In this document: in pieces, positions 1-9,518 of the stretch
Layout: every line of letters begins with the position of its first letter
Numbering within the stretch: position 1 is the stretch's first letter
The notes under the pieces: model-generated
The model's database searches: none
What the model was told of the DNA's origin: nothing
Seen by the model: only the letters and a program-made list of their open reading frames with translations
Assembly: GCA_035708345.1 (NCBI GenBank)
Contig: DASSSR010000009.1
Coordinates: forward strand, 25-64,024
DNA length: 64,000 nucleotides
Direction of reading: 5' to 3'
Source of the DNA: Gaiellaceae bacterium
GTDB taxonomy: Bacteria; Actinomycetota; Thermoleophilia; Gaiellales; Gaiellaceae
Program-made: the position numbers and the translations under genes

Positions 1-431
1 CCGCGGCGGGCCTCCATCGAGCCGACGTCGAAGGTGAGGTCGGCGAAGCGGAGCAGCTCGGCCGGCGCCTGGTCGGCGCGCCGGAGCAGCGCACGCAGCC
101 GCGCCAGCAGCTCCTCGAGCGCGAACGGCTTCGGCAGGTAGTCGTCTGCGCCGGCGTCGAGCCCCTCAACCCGGTCGCCGACCGCGTCACGGGCCGTCAG
201 CAGCAGGATCGGGATCCGGTTGCCCTCGCGGCGGAGCCGCCGCGTCACGTCGAGGCCGTCGTAGCCGGGCATCATCACGTCGAGGACGAGCGCGTCCGGC
301 GTCCGCTCCGAGGTCGCAGCGAGCGCCTCGTTGCCGTCCGCCGCGAGGGCGACGTCGAAGCCGTTCAGCTGCAGCGCCCGCTCGAGCGCCTCGCGGACCG
401 CACGGTCGTCGTCTGCCACGAGAACGAGCAT
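1..431 (-). CDS. OmpR/PhoB-family response regulator. The receiver domain and the start of the DNA-binding domain are present; the 3' end runs off the window.
   Basis: My own translation from ATG 431..429 gives [109 protein letters not shown], a classic REC domain. It is absent from the ORF track because it has no stop inside the window. Track ORF 187..435 is the wrong frame. Confidence 0.85.
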   Translation of the reverse strand, partial: MLVLVADDDRAVREALERALQLNGFDVALAADGNEALAATSERTPDALVLDVMMPGYDGLDVTRRLRREGNRIPILLLTARDAVGDRVEGLDAGADDYLPKPFALEELLARLRALLRRADQAPAELLRFADLTFDVGSMEARR

Positions 432-463
432 CCATTAAGTGTGCCGCGTCACGTGAGAGACCG

Positions 464-1588
464 CTAAGAGGGTCGCGCCATCGCGAGGTTGTGCCGCACG
501 ATCGCCCGCGTGCGGGCGGCCATGTCGGCGGCGCTGTTCACGAGCGTGGCGCGCGCCGGCGAGTAGAGCGCCCACCACTCGCCGCTCTCCTCCGTGGCGG
601 CGAGGGCGGGATCGGTCACCTCGGCCGGCATCGGCCGCGAGGCGAGCTCGAGCGCCCAGAACGCGTCGCCCGCGACTTCCGGGCTCCGCTGCAGCCGGGC
701 GAGGAACGACGTGAACGAGCGAAGCGTCGGCCAGTTCGTCCGGTCCCAGCCGTACTCGTACGCGATGTAGGGCTTGTGCGCACGGCGGCACCGGTCGATT
801 CGCGGCTGCGCGAAGCCGGCCATCCCCTGATGCCAGTGCGGGTAGATGAACGACACGCACGCGTCGACGTTCCGCAGTCCTGCGTTCGACGCGTCGGAGA
901 GGATCAGGTGATGCCGGTCGATCGAGCGCACGTAGTTCGCGATCGTCTTCGTCCAGCCCGGTGGGCTGCCGCCGCCGTTGATCAGGTCCCAGCCGAGGAT
1001 CGTCGGGTCGTTCTTGTACGCGACGTGCGTGTACGTGTTCACGTGGTTCAGCAGCGCCGCGACGTGCTGCTCGACGTCGGCGATCACCTGCGGGTCGGTG
1101 AAGAACGGATCCATGTGCGCAAGCGAGCAGTCGGGCACGTCGATCCCCCGCCAGCCGAGATAGACGCAGCCGGAGCCGCCGGAGGCGGCGTCGTCGCCGA
1201 CGATCGTCGCGATCAGCCGCAGCCCGCGCTTCTTCGCCGCCGCGATCGCGTAGTCGACGTGACGGAACGCCTCCGCGTTGAACGTCCCGAGCGTCGGCTC
1301 GAGGCAGAGGTCGCAGCCGACCGAGTCGCCGAGCGTCTGGCTGCGCACGACGCGCGCGCCGAGCTTCTTCGCCGTCGCGAGCGCGCGGTCGACCTCGGCG
1401 TGCGTCGGATACCGCGGAGGCGTCGGATACGCCGGGCCGTAGTTCGAGAGCCCGAGCCACTCGATGTTCGCGCCGCCGAAGCGATACGGCTTGCCGCCGA
1501 GCTCGAGGTGTGTACCCGCGCGGACGACGAAGGGATTCGCCAGCGTCAGCGCTGCGAGCGCCACCCCCAGAAGCTGCACGGGCATCAT
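464..1588 (-). CDS. Secreted glycoside hydrolase, GH5 (cellulase/mannanase-like TIM barrel)
   Basis: 374-aa ORF with an N-terminal hydrophobic signal-like segment (MMPVQLLGVALAALTLA). GH5-like blocks are present: GANIEWLG, ...ILGWDLINGG..., IAYEYGW. Confidence 0.75.
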   Translation of the reverse strand: MMPVQLLGVALAALTLANPFVVRAGTHLELGGKPYRFGGANIEWLGLSNYGPAYPTPPRYPTHAEVDRALATAKKLGARVVRSQTLGDSVGCDLCLEPTLGTFNAEAFRHVDYAIAAAKKRGLRLIATIVGDDAASGGSGCVYLGWRGIDVPDCSLAHMDPFFTDPQVIADVEQHVAALLNHVNTYTHVAYKNDPTILGWDLINGGGSPPGWTKTIANYVRSIDRHHLILSDASNAGLRNVDACVSFIYPHWHQGMAGFAQPRIDRCRRAHKPYIAYEYGWDRTNWPTLRSFTSFLARLQRSPEVAGDAFWALELASRPMPAEVTDPALAATEESGEWWALYSPARATLVNSAADMAARTRAIVRHNLAMARPS

Positions 1589-1596
1589 GGTGCCGG

Positions 1597-3537
1597 ATGG
1601 GGGTTCTCGCCACCGCCGCTGCGGCGGCCGCCGTGCTCTTCTCGCAGCAGCACGGGCAGCTCGTCGTCAAGGCTCCCGCGTACCGGCTCGTGCTCAGCGC
1701 CACGAACGGCCGGATCCTCGAGCTCGACGACGCGCGTGGCCGCACGCTGCTCGGCGCCGGCTACGGCTGCCTCTGGTGGCTGAACCCGAACCATCACGCG
1801 ACCTCCCAGGGCGGCTGCGGCGAGCGGCCGGGGCACCGCTGGAACGCGCGCACCTCGACGCTCACGCTCACGTACCCGACGGTGACGGTCACCGTCCACG
1901 CGACGCGCGCGTATGTCGATCTGCGGATGCAGCTGCGCAGCACCGCCGTCGTCCGCGACCAGATCCGCTTCCCGGCCGGGCTCGTCGGCGACACACGCAC
2001 CGTGCAGGCCGGCTACGCACCCGACGTGCTGCCCGGTGTGAGGTTGAGCAAGGCGTTCTTCTCCCGCGTCGGCAACCCGGTGCAGATCTATCCGTCGCGC
2101 TGGGCGTTCGCGGACTGGCTCGCGCTCGACGTGAACGGCGGCCACGTCGCGCTCTACACCGTGAACCGCGGTCCGATCGCGCCCGCCAGCCTCGGCTTCC
2201 TGCACCGTGGAACCGGCTCGCCGTGCTCGAATCGCGTCTTCTGCGTCTTCCACGAGTTCGAGACGTGGGTGAAGCCCGGGACGACCTGGCGGAGCCCGAT
2301 CGTCCGCGTCCGGGTCGGCGAGACGGCGCAGCAGGCGATCCTCGCCTACCGGCACGACAACGGGATCGACGCGTACCCGTCGCTCGCCTCGAAGCTCGGG
2401 GCGGCGCGGCTCGAGGAGCTCGCGCGCGCGCCGCTCGTGAAGGCCGACGTCTCCAAGCTCGGGCTGCCGTTCGCGCAATGGGGGCCGAAGCTCGCGCAGC
2501 TCCCCTCGCCGATCCTGCTGCACCCGGTCGCCTACGAGCCCGGCGGGCACGACGAGAACGACCCGGACTTCCTCCCGCCCGACCCGCGCTGGGGGACGAC
2601 GGCCGATCTCGGCGCGGCGATCGCACAGGCGCACGCCGACGGCGACCTCGTGATGCCGTACGACAACCTGAGCTGGTGGGACCCATCGTCGCCGACGATG
2701 CAGACGACGACGCCGGAGCAGGTCGGCGCGCTCGACGAGAGCGGCACGCCGCAGCGGATCGACTACGGCACGCATACGGGCGTGATCGTCTCGCCGTTCG
2801 CACAGCTCGTCCGGCAGCGCATCGCGCAGGAGCTCGACACGTGGAGCACGCTCGGCGCCGACTGCGTCTTCGTCGACCAGGTCGGCGCGCGACCGTGGCT
2901 GTACGACTTCAACCCGGCCACGCCGTCGCCGCTCGCGTACGACGACGGCTGGCTCGCGCTGCTCGCGCCGTACCGCGACGACTGCGTGATGGCGGAGGAC
3001 GGCTGGGACCGGCTCGCCGCCGACGTCGTCGGCTTCCACGGCGGCCTGCTGATGATGCAGCGCGAGCTCGCGTACGTCGACCACTACTTCGGCGCCGGCA
3101 ACTGGCAGCCGTACCCGCTCGCGACGTGGCTCGTGCACGACAAGGTGCTGATGTACCAGCACGACCTCTTCCCGCTGACGATGGCGCGCGACGCGGAGGT
3201 CCTGACCTGGAACCTCGCGTTCGGGCTCGTCGACTCGTACGAGTGGTGGCTCGGCGACGAGCAGGACACCTGGCTCGAGCTCGCCGCACGGCTGCAGCGG
3301 GACCTCGGCCCGCACTACGCGGGCGTGCCGCTGCGCAGCTACACGACGATCGCCCCGGGCGTGACGCGGAGCGTCTTCGGCGACCTGACCGTCGACGCCA
3401 ACTGGAACGACACCGCGTGGAACGGGATCGCGCCGCACGGCTTCCGCGCGCAGGGGCCGGGCGTGAGCGCGGTCGCGCAGCCGGACGGAAGCTTCGTCGT
3501 CTCGGACGCCGCCGGCACGGCGCAGTTCCGGCCCTAG
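1597..3537 (+). CDS. Hypothetical secreted or membrane-anchored protein, possibly carbohydrate-active (no family recognised with certainty)
   Basis: Track ORF 1510..3537 has non-repetitive, normal composition. ATG 1597 precedes a hydrophobic N-terminus (MGVLATAAAAAAVLF). It is divergent from the GH5 gene. Confidence 0.7.
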   Translation: MGVLATAAAAAAVLFSQQHGQLVVKAPAYRLVLSATNGRILELDDARGRTLLGAGYGCLWWLNPNHHATSQGGCGERPGHRWNARTSTLTLTYPTVTVTVHATRAYVDLRMQLRSTAVVRDQIRFPAGLVGDTRTVQAGYAPDVLPGVRLSKAFFSRVGNPVQIYPSRWAFADWLALDVNGGHVALYTVNRGPIAPASLGFLHRGTGSPCSNRVFCVFHEFETWVKPGTTWRSPIVRVRVGETAQQAILAYRHDNGIDAYPSLASKLGAARLEELARAPLVKADVSKLGLPFAQWGPKLAQLPSPILLHPVAYEPGGHDENDPDFLPPDPRWGTTADLGAAIAQAHADGDLVMPYDNLSWWDPSSPTMQTTTPEQVGALDESGTPQRIDYGTHTGVIVSPFAQLVRQRIAQELDTWSTLGADCVFVDQVGARPWLYDFNPATPSPLAYDDGWLALLAPYRDDCVMAEDGWDRLAADVVGFHGGLLMMQRELAYVDHYFGAGNWQPYPLATWLVHDKVLMYQHDLFPLTMARDAEVLTWNLAFGLVDSYEWWLGDEQDTWLELAARLQRDLGPHYAGVPLRSYTTIAPGVTRSVFGDLTVDANWNDTAWNGIAPHGFRAQGPGVSAVAQPDGSFVVSDAAGTAQFRP

Positions 3538-3950
3538 CGGTGCTGCCGCGCCTCGGGCGAGGCGGGCCAGAACTCGTCGAGCTTCGTCGCGTCCCGCCGC
3601 CCGAGCCGCCGCGACACCGCCCAGAGCTCGACCGGCTCGTCGCCCTCGTTGCGGTGCGAGCGCGGCGTCCGCGGGGCCACCCGGACGACCGTGCCGGGGC
3701 CGACCCGCGCGACGTCGTCGCCGAGCCGGAGCGTCAGCGTGCCGCGGGTGACGAGGTAGAGCTCCTCGATCTCGTCGTGGAAGTGCCCCGTCCCCTGCTC
3801 GAAGTCGGAATGGGGCGGGACCCGGATCAGCGTCACGGCGAGCTGCTCGCAGCCGAGCGCGTCCGTCAGGCGGCGGAACTCGCCCGGGACGTCCGTGCCC
3901 GCGTAGGCGTCCTCGACCTCGTCGGCGCTGACGATCGCGTAGTCGCTCAC
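3534..3950 (-). CDS. Cupin-domain protein
   Basis: 138 aa with the cupin motifs [18 protein letters not shown] and [16 protein letters not shown]. Confidence 0.8.
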   Translation of the reverse strand: MSDYAIVSADEVEDAYAGTDVPGEFRRLTDALGCEQLAVTLIRVPPHSDFEQGTGHFHDEIEELYLVTRGTLTLRLGDDVARVGPGTVVRVAPRTPRSHRNEGDEPVELWAVSRRLGRRDATKLDEFWPASPEARQHR

Positions 3951-3973
3951 CGCCCGCCCATTATCGTCGGATC

Positions 3974-4954
<981 letters not shown>

Positions 4955-5003
4955 CGGGTACGCCGGGCGGCGTGACGGGCCGCCGCTTCCAGATCGTCCC
5001 CCG

Positions 5004-6056
5004 GTGAGCCGCCGCGGCGCGATGCTCGCCGCGACGGCCGGCTGCACGGCCGCCGCGGGCGCGCTGAACTACGCGACGAGCGCGCACGTGCTCACGTTCG
5101 TCGTCGCCGGCCTCGCGCTCGCAGGGCTCGCGTGGGTCGTCGGCGTGGGGACGGAGTCGGTCGGCGCGCGCTTCGGGCCGGCGGCGACCGGTGTGCTGCA
5201 GTCGACGCTCGGCAACCTGCCGGAGCTCTTCATCGTCCTCTTCGCGCTCGGCGCCGGCGAGACGGTGGTCGCGCAGACGTCGGTGCTCGGCTCGCTGTTC
5301 GCGAACGGGCTGCTCGTGCTCGGGCTCGCGATCGTCGCGGGGGCGCGGCACGCCGAGGACGGCGTGATGCGGTTCAGCCCCCGCCTGCCGAACGACACGG
5401 CGGTGCTGCTGCTGCTCGCGTCGTTCCTGATCGTGATCCTCGGCGTCGCCGACCGGATGGGCGACCGCGCGAGCCGGCACGAGGTGGCGATCTCCTGCGT
5501 CGGCGCCGTCGTCCTGCTGCTGATCTACGGCGCCTGGCTCGCCAACTACCTGCGCACGGGCGAGGCGGCGGAGGCGAGCCTGGAGGAGTCGGCGCACAAC
5601 CTGAGGTTCGCGCCGGCGCTCGCGCTGCTCGCCGGCGCCGGCGTCGCGGCCGCGTTCGTCTCGGACTGGTTCGTGGCGGCGCTCGACCCCGCGGTGAGGC
5701 AGCTCGGGATCTCGAAGGCGTTCACCGGGCTCGTGGTCGTCGGCATCGCCGGCAACGCGGTCGAGAACGTCGTCGGCGTCACGCTCGCGGCGAAGGGCCA
5801 CTCCGATCTCGCCGTGTCCGTGATCAAGAACTCGGTCGCGCAGATCGCCGTCTTCCTCTTCCCGGCGCTCGTGCTGCTGTCGCTGCTCTTCAACGCGCGG
5901 CTGACCTTCGTGATCAACCCGGTGCTGACGAGCGCCGTCGCGCTCTGCGCGGTCGCGATCTGGGCGATCACCGGCGACGGCCGCGCGCCGGCGTTCGAGG
6001 GCTGGGCGCTCGCCGGCTTCTACGCGATCCTGGCCGCGCTCGTCTGGTTCGAGTAG
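5004..6056 (+). CDS. Ca2+/H+ (cation/proton) antiporter, CaCA family
   Basis: 350-aa polytopic membrane protein with the two alpha-repeat signatures GNLPELFIV and GNAVENVVGV. Confidence 0.85.
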   Translation: MSRRGAMLAATAGCTAAAGALNYATSAHVLTFVVAGLALAGLAWVVGVGTESVGARFGPAATGVLQSTLGNLPELFIVLFALGAGETVVAQTSVLGSLFANGLLVLGLAIVAGARHAEDGVMRFSPRLPNDTAVLLLLASFLIVILGVADRMGDRASRHEVAISCVGAVVLLLIYGAWLANYLRTGEAAEASLEESAHNLRFAPALALLAGAGVAAAFVSDWFVAALDPAVRQLGISKAFTGLVVVGIAGNAVENVVGVTLAAKGHSDLAVSVIKNSVAQIAVFLFPALVLLSLLFNARLTFVINPVLTSAVALCAVAIWAITGDGRAPAFEGWALAGFYAILAALVWFE

Positions 6057-6096
6057 CTCTCAGGCGTTTCTCACGCTTCGGCGGCAGTGTGCACCC

Positions 6097-7023
6097 GTGA
6101 TCGAGGCGCGCGGGCTGACGAAGGTCTACGGCGAGAAGCGCGCCGTCGACGATCTCTCCTTCACGGTGCGGCCGGGCATCGTCACCGGCTTCCTCGGCCC
6201 GAACGGGTCGGGGAAGTCGACGACGATGCGGCTGGTCCTCGGCCTCGACAGGCCGACGGCGGGCAGCGTGATCGTGAACGGGAAGCCCTACCGCGAGCAC
6301 GCGGCGCCGCTGCACGAGGTCGGCGCGCTGCTCGAGGCGCGCTCCGTGCACACGGGCCGCTCGGCGTTCAATCATCTGCTCGCGCTCGCGCAGACGCACG
6401 GGATCCCGCGGCGGCGCGTCGACGAGCTGATCGACCTCGTCGGGCTGCACGACGTCGCGCGCAAGCGCGCCGGTCAGTTCTCGCTCGGCATGGGCCAGCG
6501 GCTCGGGATCGCGGCGGCGCTGCTCGGCGACCCGACCACGGTGATGCTCGACGAGCCGGTGAACGGTCTCGACCCGGAGGGCATCCACTGGATCCGCAAC
6601 CTGCTCAAGCGGCTCGCCGCGGAAGGACGGACGGTGTTCGTCTCGTCGCATCTGATGAGCGAGATGTCGCAGACGGCCGACCACCTGATCGTGATCGGGC
6701 GCGGCCGGCTGATCGCCGACACGGGCGTGCGCGAGTTCGTCGGCCGCGCCTCGAAGCGGCTCGTGCGCGTGCGCACGCCCCAGCCGACGCTGCTCGCCGA
6801 GCAGCTCGCGGCGCCCGAGGTGACGGTCGAGGCGCAGAACGACGGCTCGCTCGAGGTGGCGGGGCTGACCGCGGAGCAGGTGGGCGAGGCGGCCGCCGCG
6901 GCGCGGATCGTCCTGCACGAGCTGACGCCGCACGAGGCCTCGCTCGAGGAGGCGTTCATGGAGCTGACGCGCGACGAGCTCGAGTTCGCCGCCGCCGCGG
7001 AGCGCGAGGAGGTGCCTGCGTGA
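6097..7023 (+). CDS. ABC transporter ATP-binding protein (ABC-2 type exporter)
   Basis: Walker A GPNGSGKST, signature LSLGMGQRL, Walker B VMLDEP. Confidence 0.9.
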   Translation: MIEARGLTKVYGEKRAVDDLSFTVRPGIVTGFLGPNGSGKSTTMRLVLGLDRPTAGSVIVNGKPYREHAAPLHEVGALLEARSVHTGRSAFNHLLALAQTHGIPRRRVDELIDLVGLHDVARKRAGQFSLGMGQRLGIAAALLGDPTTVMLDEPVNGLDPEGIHWIRNLLKRLAAEGRTVFVSSHLMSEMSQTADHLIVIGRGRLIADTGVREFVGRASKRLVRVRTPQPTLLAEQLAAPEVTVEAQNDGSLEVAGLTAEQVGEAAAAARIVLHELTPHEASLEEAFMELTRDELEFAAAAEREEVPA

Positions 7024-7838
7024 GCGCGCTCCCGGTCGCCGCCGCACGTCTGCCGCACACCGGCCGCGTCACGTTGCCGGGCGTGATCCGCTCCGAGTGG
7101 ACGAAGCTGCGCTCCGTGCGCTCGACCCGGTGGGCGCTGTTCGTCGCGTTCCTCTTCACCGTCGGGCTCGCCGCGCTCGCGTGCGCCGTCGTCAGCCATC
7201 ACTTCCCGCGGATGAGCCCGCACGACCGCGCAAACTTCCATCCGCTCGAGGTGAACCTCGCGGGCGTGCAGCTGGCGCAGCTCGCGATCGGCGTGCTCGG
7301 CGTGCTCGTGATCACGGCGGAGTACTCGACCGGGATGATCCGCGCCTCGATGACCGCGGTGCCGAAGCGGCTGCCGGTGCTGTGGTCGAAGGCGATCGTC
7401 TACGGGGCGACGACGCTGCTGTTGATGGTGCCGGCGGCGCTGCTCGCGTTCGCGATCGGCGAGGCGATCTTCTCGCGGCGCCACATCGACATCGCCTTCA
7501 CGCATCCCGGTGTCGCGCGCGCGGTCGTCGGCGCCGGCCTGTACCTGACGGTGATCGGGCTGTTCGGGCTCGGGCTCGGCGCGATCGTGCGCAACACCGC
7601 CGGCGGGATCGCGCTCTTCGCCGGGATCATGTTCGTGCTGCCGCCGCTGATGAACGTCCTGCCCACGAGCTGGAACAACGCGGCCTCGCCGTACCTGCCG
7701 CTGCAGGCTGGTCAGACGATCATGTCGATCACGCCCGGCAACCATCTCTCGCCGTGGGGCGGGTTCGGGCTGCTGTGCGCGTACGCCGCCGCGGCGCTCG
7801 TGATCGCCGCGCTGCTCCTGCGCCGCCGCGACGTCTGA
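7020..7838 (+). CDS. ABC-2 family transporter permease
   Basis: GTG 7020 overlaps the ATPase stop (GTGA). The translation VSALPVAAARL..IRSEWTKLRSVRSTRWALFVAFLF.. has 6 predicted TM segments. It lies in the frame of track ORF 6087..7838. Confidence 0.85.
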   Translation: MSALPVAAARLPHTGRVTLPGVIRSEWTKLRSVRSTRWALFVAFLFTVGLAALACAVVSHHFPRMSPHDRANFHPLEVNLAGVQLAQLAIGVLGVLVITAEYSTGMIRASMTAVPKRLPVLWSKAIVYGATTLLLMVPAALLAFAIGEAIFSRRHIDIAFTHPGVARAVVGAGLYLTVIGLFGLGLGAIVRNTAGGIALFAGIMFVLPPLMNVLPTSWNNAASPYLPLQAGQTIMSITPGNHLSPWGGFGLLCAYAAAALVIAALLLRRRDV

Positions 7839-7876
7839 GGTTTCGGGCCCGGCCGGATCGGGTTAGAGGACCCGCG

Positions 7877-8614
7877 ATGGGTCGCCGCGCCCACGAAACG
7901 GTGTTCGAACGCGGGGATCGGGTGCACGAGTACTGGCTCGCGAACTGCGAGGGGTTCTCGATCGTCCGCGGCAGCGCGCGAGCGCGCGTGACCGGCGTCG
8001 TCGTGGACCCGTCCGACGGGCGGGCGCGCTCGGTGCTCGCCCGGTCCGGCACGCGCGGCAAGGTGCGGGCGGTGCCGGCGGCGCGCGTCGCCGCGGTCGA
8101 CCCGTTCGAGAAGGTCCTGTATCTGGAGCGGCGGGTGCGTCCGGGATCCGTGACGGTGCCGATCGGGCGCGTCGCCGGCGGGGCGTCGGCGCTCGCACGG
8201 GACGGCGCCGTCCGCTGCCGCGGCGGCGCCGCCTGGGCCGCCCCGCGCGTGCGCGCCGGCGGCCGCGCCACCGCCGTCGCCGCGGGCCGCGCCTCGGTGC
8301 TGGGCGCGCAGCGCACCCGGGCCGCCGCCGAGTGGTGCCGGCCGCGGGCGGCCGCGTCCGGCCGTGCCTCGGCGCTCGCCGCGCGCCGCGCCGCGCTCGT
8401 CTCGCGGGACTGGTCGCGGCGGCGTCTCGCCGCCCTGCGGGCGTGGTGGCTCGAGGCGGCCGTCCCGGCCGCCCGGCGCCTGCGGGCGTCGGTCGCGGCC
8501 GCGTCGGTGCGGGCCTGCCGCGCGGTCGGGCGCACGGCCGCGGCCGTCACCCGGATCGCGGCCGAGCGCCGCGAGGCGCGGCGCGGCTCGAGCTCCTCCT
8601 CGGCCGGCGGCTGA
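7877..8614 (+). CDS. Hypothetical protein with a PRC-barrel-like N-terminal domain and an Ala/Arg-rich tail
   Basis: ATG 7877 in the frame of track ORF 7097..8614. The N-terminus MGRRAHETVFERGDRVHEYWLANCEGFSIVRG..VTGVVVDPSDG is ordinary. The C-terminal half is low complexity, so the extent is uncertain. Confidence 0.5.
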   Translation: MGRRAHETVFERGDRVHEYWLANCEGFSIVRGSARARVTGVVVDPSDGRARSVLARSGTRGKVRAVPAARVAAVDPFEKVLYLERRVRPGSVTVPIGRVAGGASALARDGAVRCRGGAAWAAPRVRAGGRATAVAAGRASVLGAQRTRAAAEWCRPRAAASGRASALAARRAALVSRDWSRRRLAALRAWWLEAAVPAARRLRASVAAASVRACRAVGRTAAAVTRIAAERREARRGSSSSSAGG

Positions 8615-8632
8615 GCGCCCGTCGGGCGCCCG

Positions 8633-8649
8633 CTTACGTGCGCCTTACG
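8633..8649 (+). promoter_or_regulatory. Direct repeat CTTACG-N5-CTTACG with 11-bp phasing. Candidate response-regulator binding site upstream of the secreted-protein gene.
   Basis: CTTACG at 8633..8638 and at 8644..8649, which is 71-87 nt upstream of ATG 8720. The same architecture occurs at 18371..18387 and 26376..26392. Confidence 0.3.
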
Positions 8650-8719
8650 TTCCCGTTGCGCGGGCCTGATCGCGGGCCGGAATGCTCCCTTCGTCAACAC
8701 CCATGGGAGGCAAGAGACG

Positions 8720-9454
8720 ATGAAACGCACCCTGGTCGGCGCGGCGGTCGCCGCCGCCGCCCTCGGCGCCGCGGGCATGGCCGTCGCGCACGGGGTCGAG
8801 GGAGGCAAGTCCGTCAAGGCCGTGTCCGGCACGTTCACCGCCACGAGCGTGTCGCGCGTGACGCAGCGCACGTGCACGACGAGCGACGGGAAGACGGTCG
8901 TCACGACCGACGGCACGTACACCGGCACGTCGGCCGGCGACGCCGACCTCGCGGGGCCGGCGACGCTGCGCGCGCGGTCGACGATCAACACGACCGACAA
9001 CGTCGGCGTCGTCAGCGGCACGCTGCGCGTCGACGTCCCGGGTCGCGACACCACGGCGCAGCTCACCGGCGTCTACAGCGGCGGGCACGTCGCCGGTCTC
9101 GCGGTCGGCCACGCCCATTCGCCGGCGGCGCAGCTCGTCGCGAACGTCTCCGCCGACTTCACGGCGACGGGCGGCTTCACGAACGGGAAGCTCGGCGGCA
9201 CGGCGGGCGGCGCGGCGGTCGAGCTCGCACCGGCGGGCTGCAAGGCGGCGAAGGTCGTGAAGGAGCGGAGCGAGGCGCGCGGCAACGTGAGCGCCGTCTC
9301 CTCCACCTCGATCACGGTCGCCGGCCTCACGTGCACGGTGCCGGCGAGCATGCAGTCGAAGGTCGCGGGCATCGCGGTCAACTCGCGGACCGAGATCCAC
9401 TGCCGGCTGCTCAACGGCGTCAACACGCTGACGAGCATCGAGCGGCGGAAGTAG
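8720..9454 (+). CDS. Secreted hypothetical protein (Thr/Gly-rich beta-type)
   Basis: 244 aa with the signal peptide MKRTLVGAAVAAAALGAAGMAVA. A GGGAGG Shine-Dalgarno lies 9 nt upstream of the ATG. Confidence 0.75.
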   Translation: MKRTLVGAAVAAAALGAAGMAVAHGVEGGKSVKAVSGTFTATSVSRVTQRTCTTSDGKTVVTTDGTYTGTSAGDADLAGPATLRARSTINTTDNVGVVSGTLRVDVPGRDTTAQLTGVYSGGHVAGLAVGHAHSPAAQLVANVSADFTATGGFTNGKLGGTAGGAAVELAPAGCKAAKVVKERSEARGNVSAVSSTSITVAGLTCTVPASMQSKVAGIAVNSRTEIHCRLLNGVNTLTSIERRK

Positions 9455-9518
9455 GCGCGGACGGGCGGCGCGGCCTCGGCCGCGCCGCCTGCCGCCGCAG
9501 CTGCCACACTGGGGCGCG

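Noticed and set aside
187-435. 82-aa minus-strand ORF at the left edge.
   Set aside because: It is the wrong frame. The adjacent frame starting at ATG 431 encodes a textbook response-regulator receiver domain that runs off the window.
435-1745. Long ORFs with Arg/Ala/Pro/Gly-rich translations on the opposite strand or in alternate frames of convincing genes. Examples are 435..1745, 491..1783, 1464..3977, 1585..3438, 28589..32689 (1366 aa), 50023..55257 (1744 aa), 50132..55027 (1631 aa), 22991..25501, and the upstream parts of 36328..39390 and 38136..40703.
   Set aside because: Their composition is typical of out-of-frame translation of >70% GC DNA, where stop codons are rare (runs of R, A, P, G with no motifs). 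Each overlaps a frame that has clear family motifs. Only the 3' portions that coincide with real genes were kept, with new internal starts.
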